Below the pieces are notes generated by a model, which worked only from the letters and a program-made list of their open reading frames with translations, was not told the DNA's origin and ran no database searches. Shown one piece after another: positions 26,362-26,601 of a DNA stretch of 26,601 bases; position 1 is the stretch's first letter; each line of letters starts with the position of its first letter. Origin of the DNA: Sulfurimonadaceae bacterium (lineage in GTDB: Bacteria; Campylobacterota; Campylobacteria; Campylobacterales; Sulfurimonadaceae); contig JBFESZ010000021.1 in NCBI GenBank assembly GCA_041548245.1, positions 1 to 26,601 of the forward strand, in the 5' to 3' direction. Both the position numbers and the translations under genes were made by a program.

Positions 26362-26452
26362 AATCTATTAGGTCCTATAAAATAATTATGGAATTTTATC
26401 AAACTAATACACTGAGTAAGTTAAATTTATTTTCCTAATATTTTTTAATAGT

Positions 26453-26458
26453 TATAAT
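26453..26458 (+). promoter_or_regulatory. -10 box for yebC
   Basis: GTTATAAT upstream of an AAGGA SD and the ATG at 26504. Confidence 0.5.
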
Positions 26459-26503
26459 ACGCGCAATAAAACATGGCCAAAGAGCCTGACAAGGATACAT
26501 TTT

Positions 26504-26601
26504 ATGGGTAGAGCCTTTGAATATCGTAAAGCGGCAAAGATGAAACGTTGGGGAAATATGTCACGCATATTTCCCAAACTGGCAAAAGCAATTGAGAAAG
26601 C
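26504..26601 (+). CDS. yebC: YebC/PmpR family protein (3' truncated; not in the ORF track)
   Basis: Translates as [32 protein letters not shown], the characteristic YebC N-terminus. AAGGA SD upstream. Confidence 0.9.
   Translation, partial: MGRAFEYRKAAKMKRWGNMSRIFPKLAKAIEK

Noticed and set aside
1-26601. CRISPR arrays, tRNA/rRNA genes, IS elements, integrases, prophage or defence-system genes
   Set aside because: No regularly spaced repeats, cloverleaf or rRNA signatures, or transposase/integrase motifs were seen. Intergenic gaps are short and mostly explained by promoters and terminators.

Overview
This is an AT-rich core chromosomal window of a Campylobacterota (epsilonproteobacterial) bacterium, probably Sulfurimonas/Sulfurovum-like. 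That placement is inferred from the gene orders ftsY-radA, fliL-acpS and cheX-fliN-fliO, the fused CcsBA, CheV, TGnTATAAT promoters and AAGGA ribosome-binding sites. About 26 densely packed CDSs are present. They cover protein targeting (ftsY), DNA repair and replication (radA, polA, uvrA), flagella and chemotaxis (fliL, cheV, cheX-like, fliN, fliO-like), cytochrome c biogenesis (ccsBA), argD, acpS, thiS, a Dus enzyme, a partial yebC, mlaE, a TauE/SafE exporter and a TolC/HlyD pair. I found no rRNA, tRNA, CRISPR array or mobile element. The most unusual part is a three-gene + strand block between polA and HDOD/uvrA (16543-18904). It encodes a YgjP-like protein, a PagP-like outer-membrane beta-barrel and a spore-photoproduct-lyase-like radical SAM enzyme. 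By a manual alignment to recalled sequences, the radical SAM enzyme lacks the canonical catalytic Tyr/Cys and has an extra Cys motif. Each of the three genes has a TATAAT box 6-7 nt before its ATG and no Shine-Dalgarno (SD) sequence, which suggests leaderless mRNAs. An orphan YezG/DUF600-like immunity gene and an efflux pair lacking an inner-membrane pump are also notable. All family assignments come from motif recognition by eye; no searches were run.
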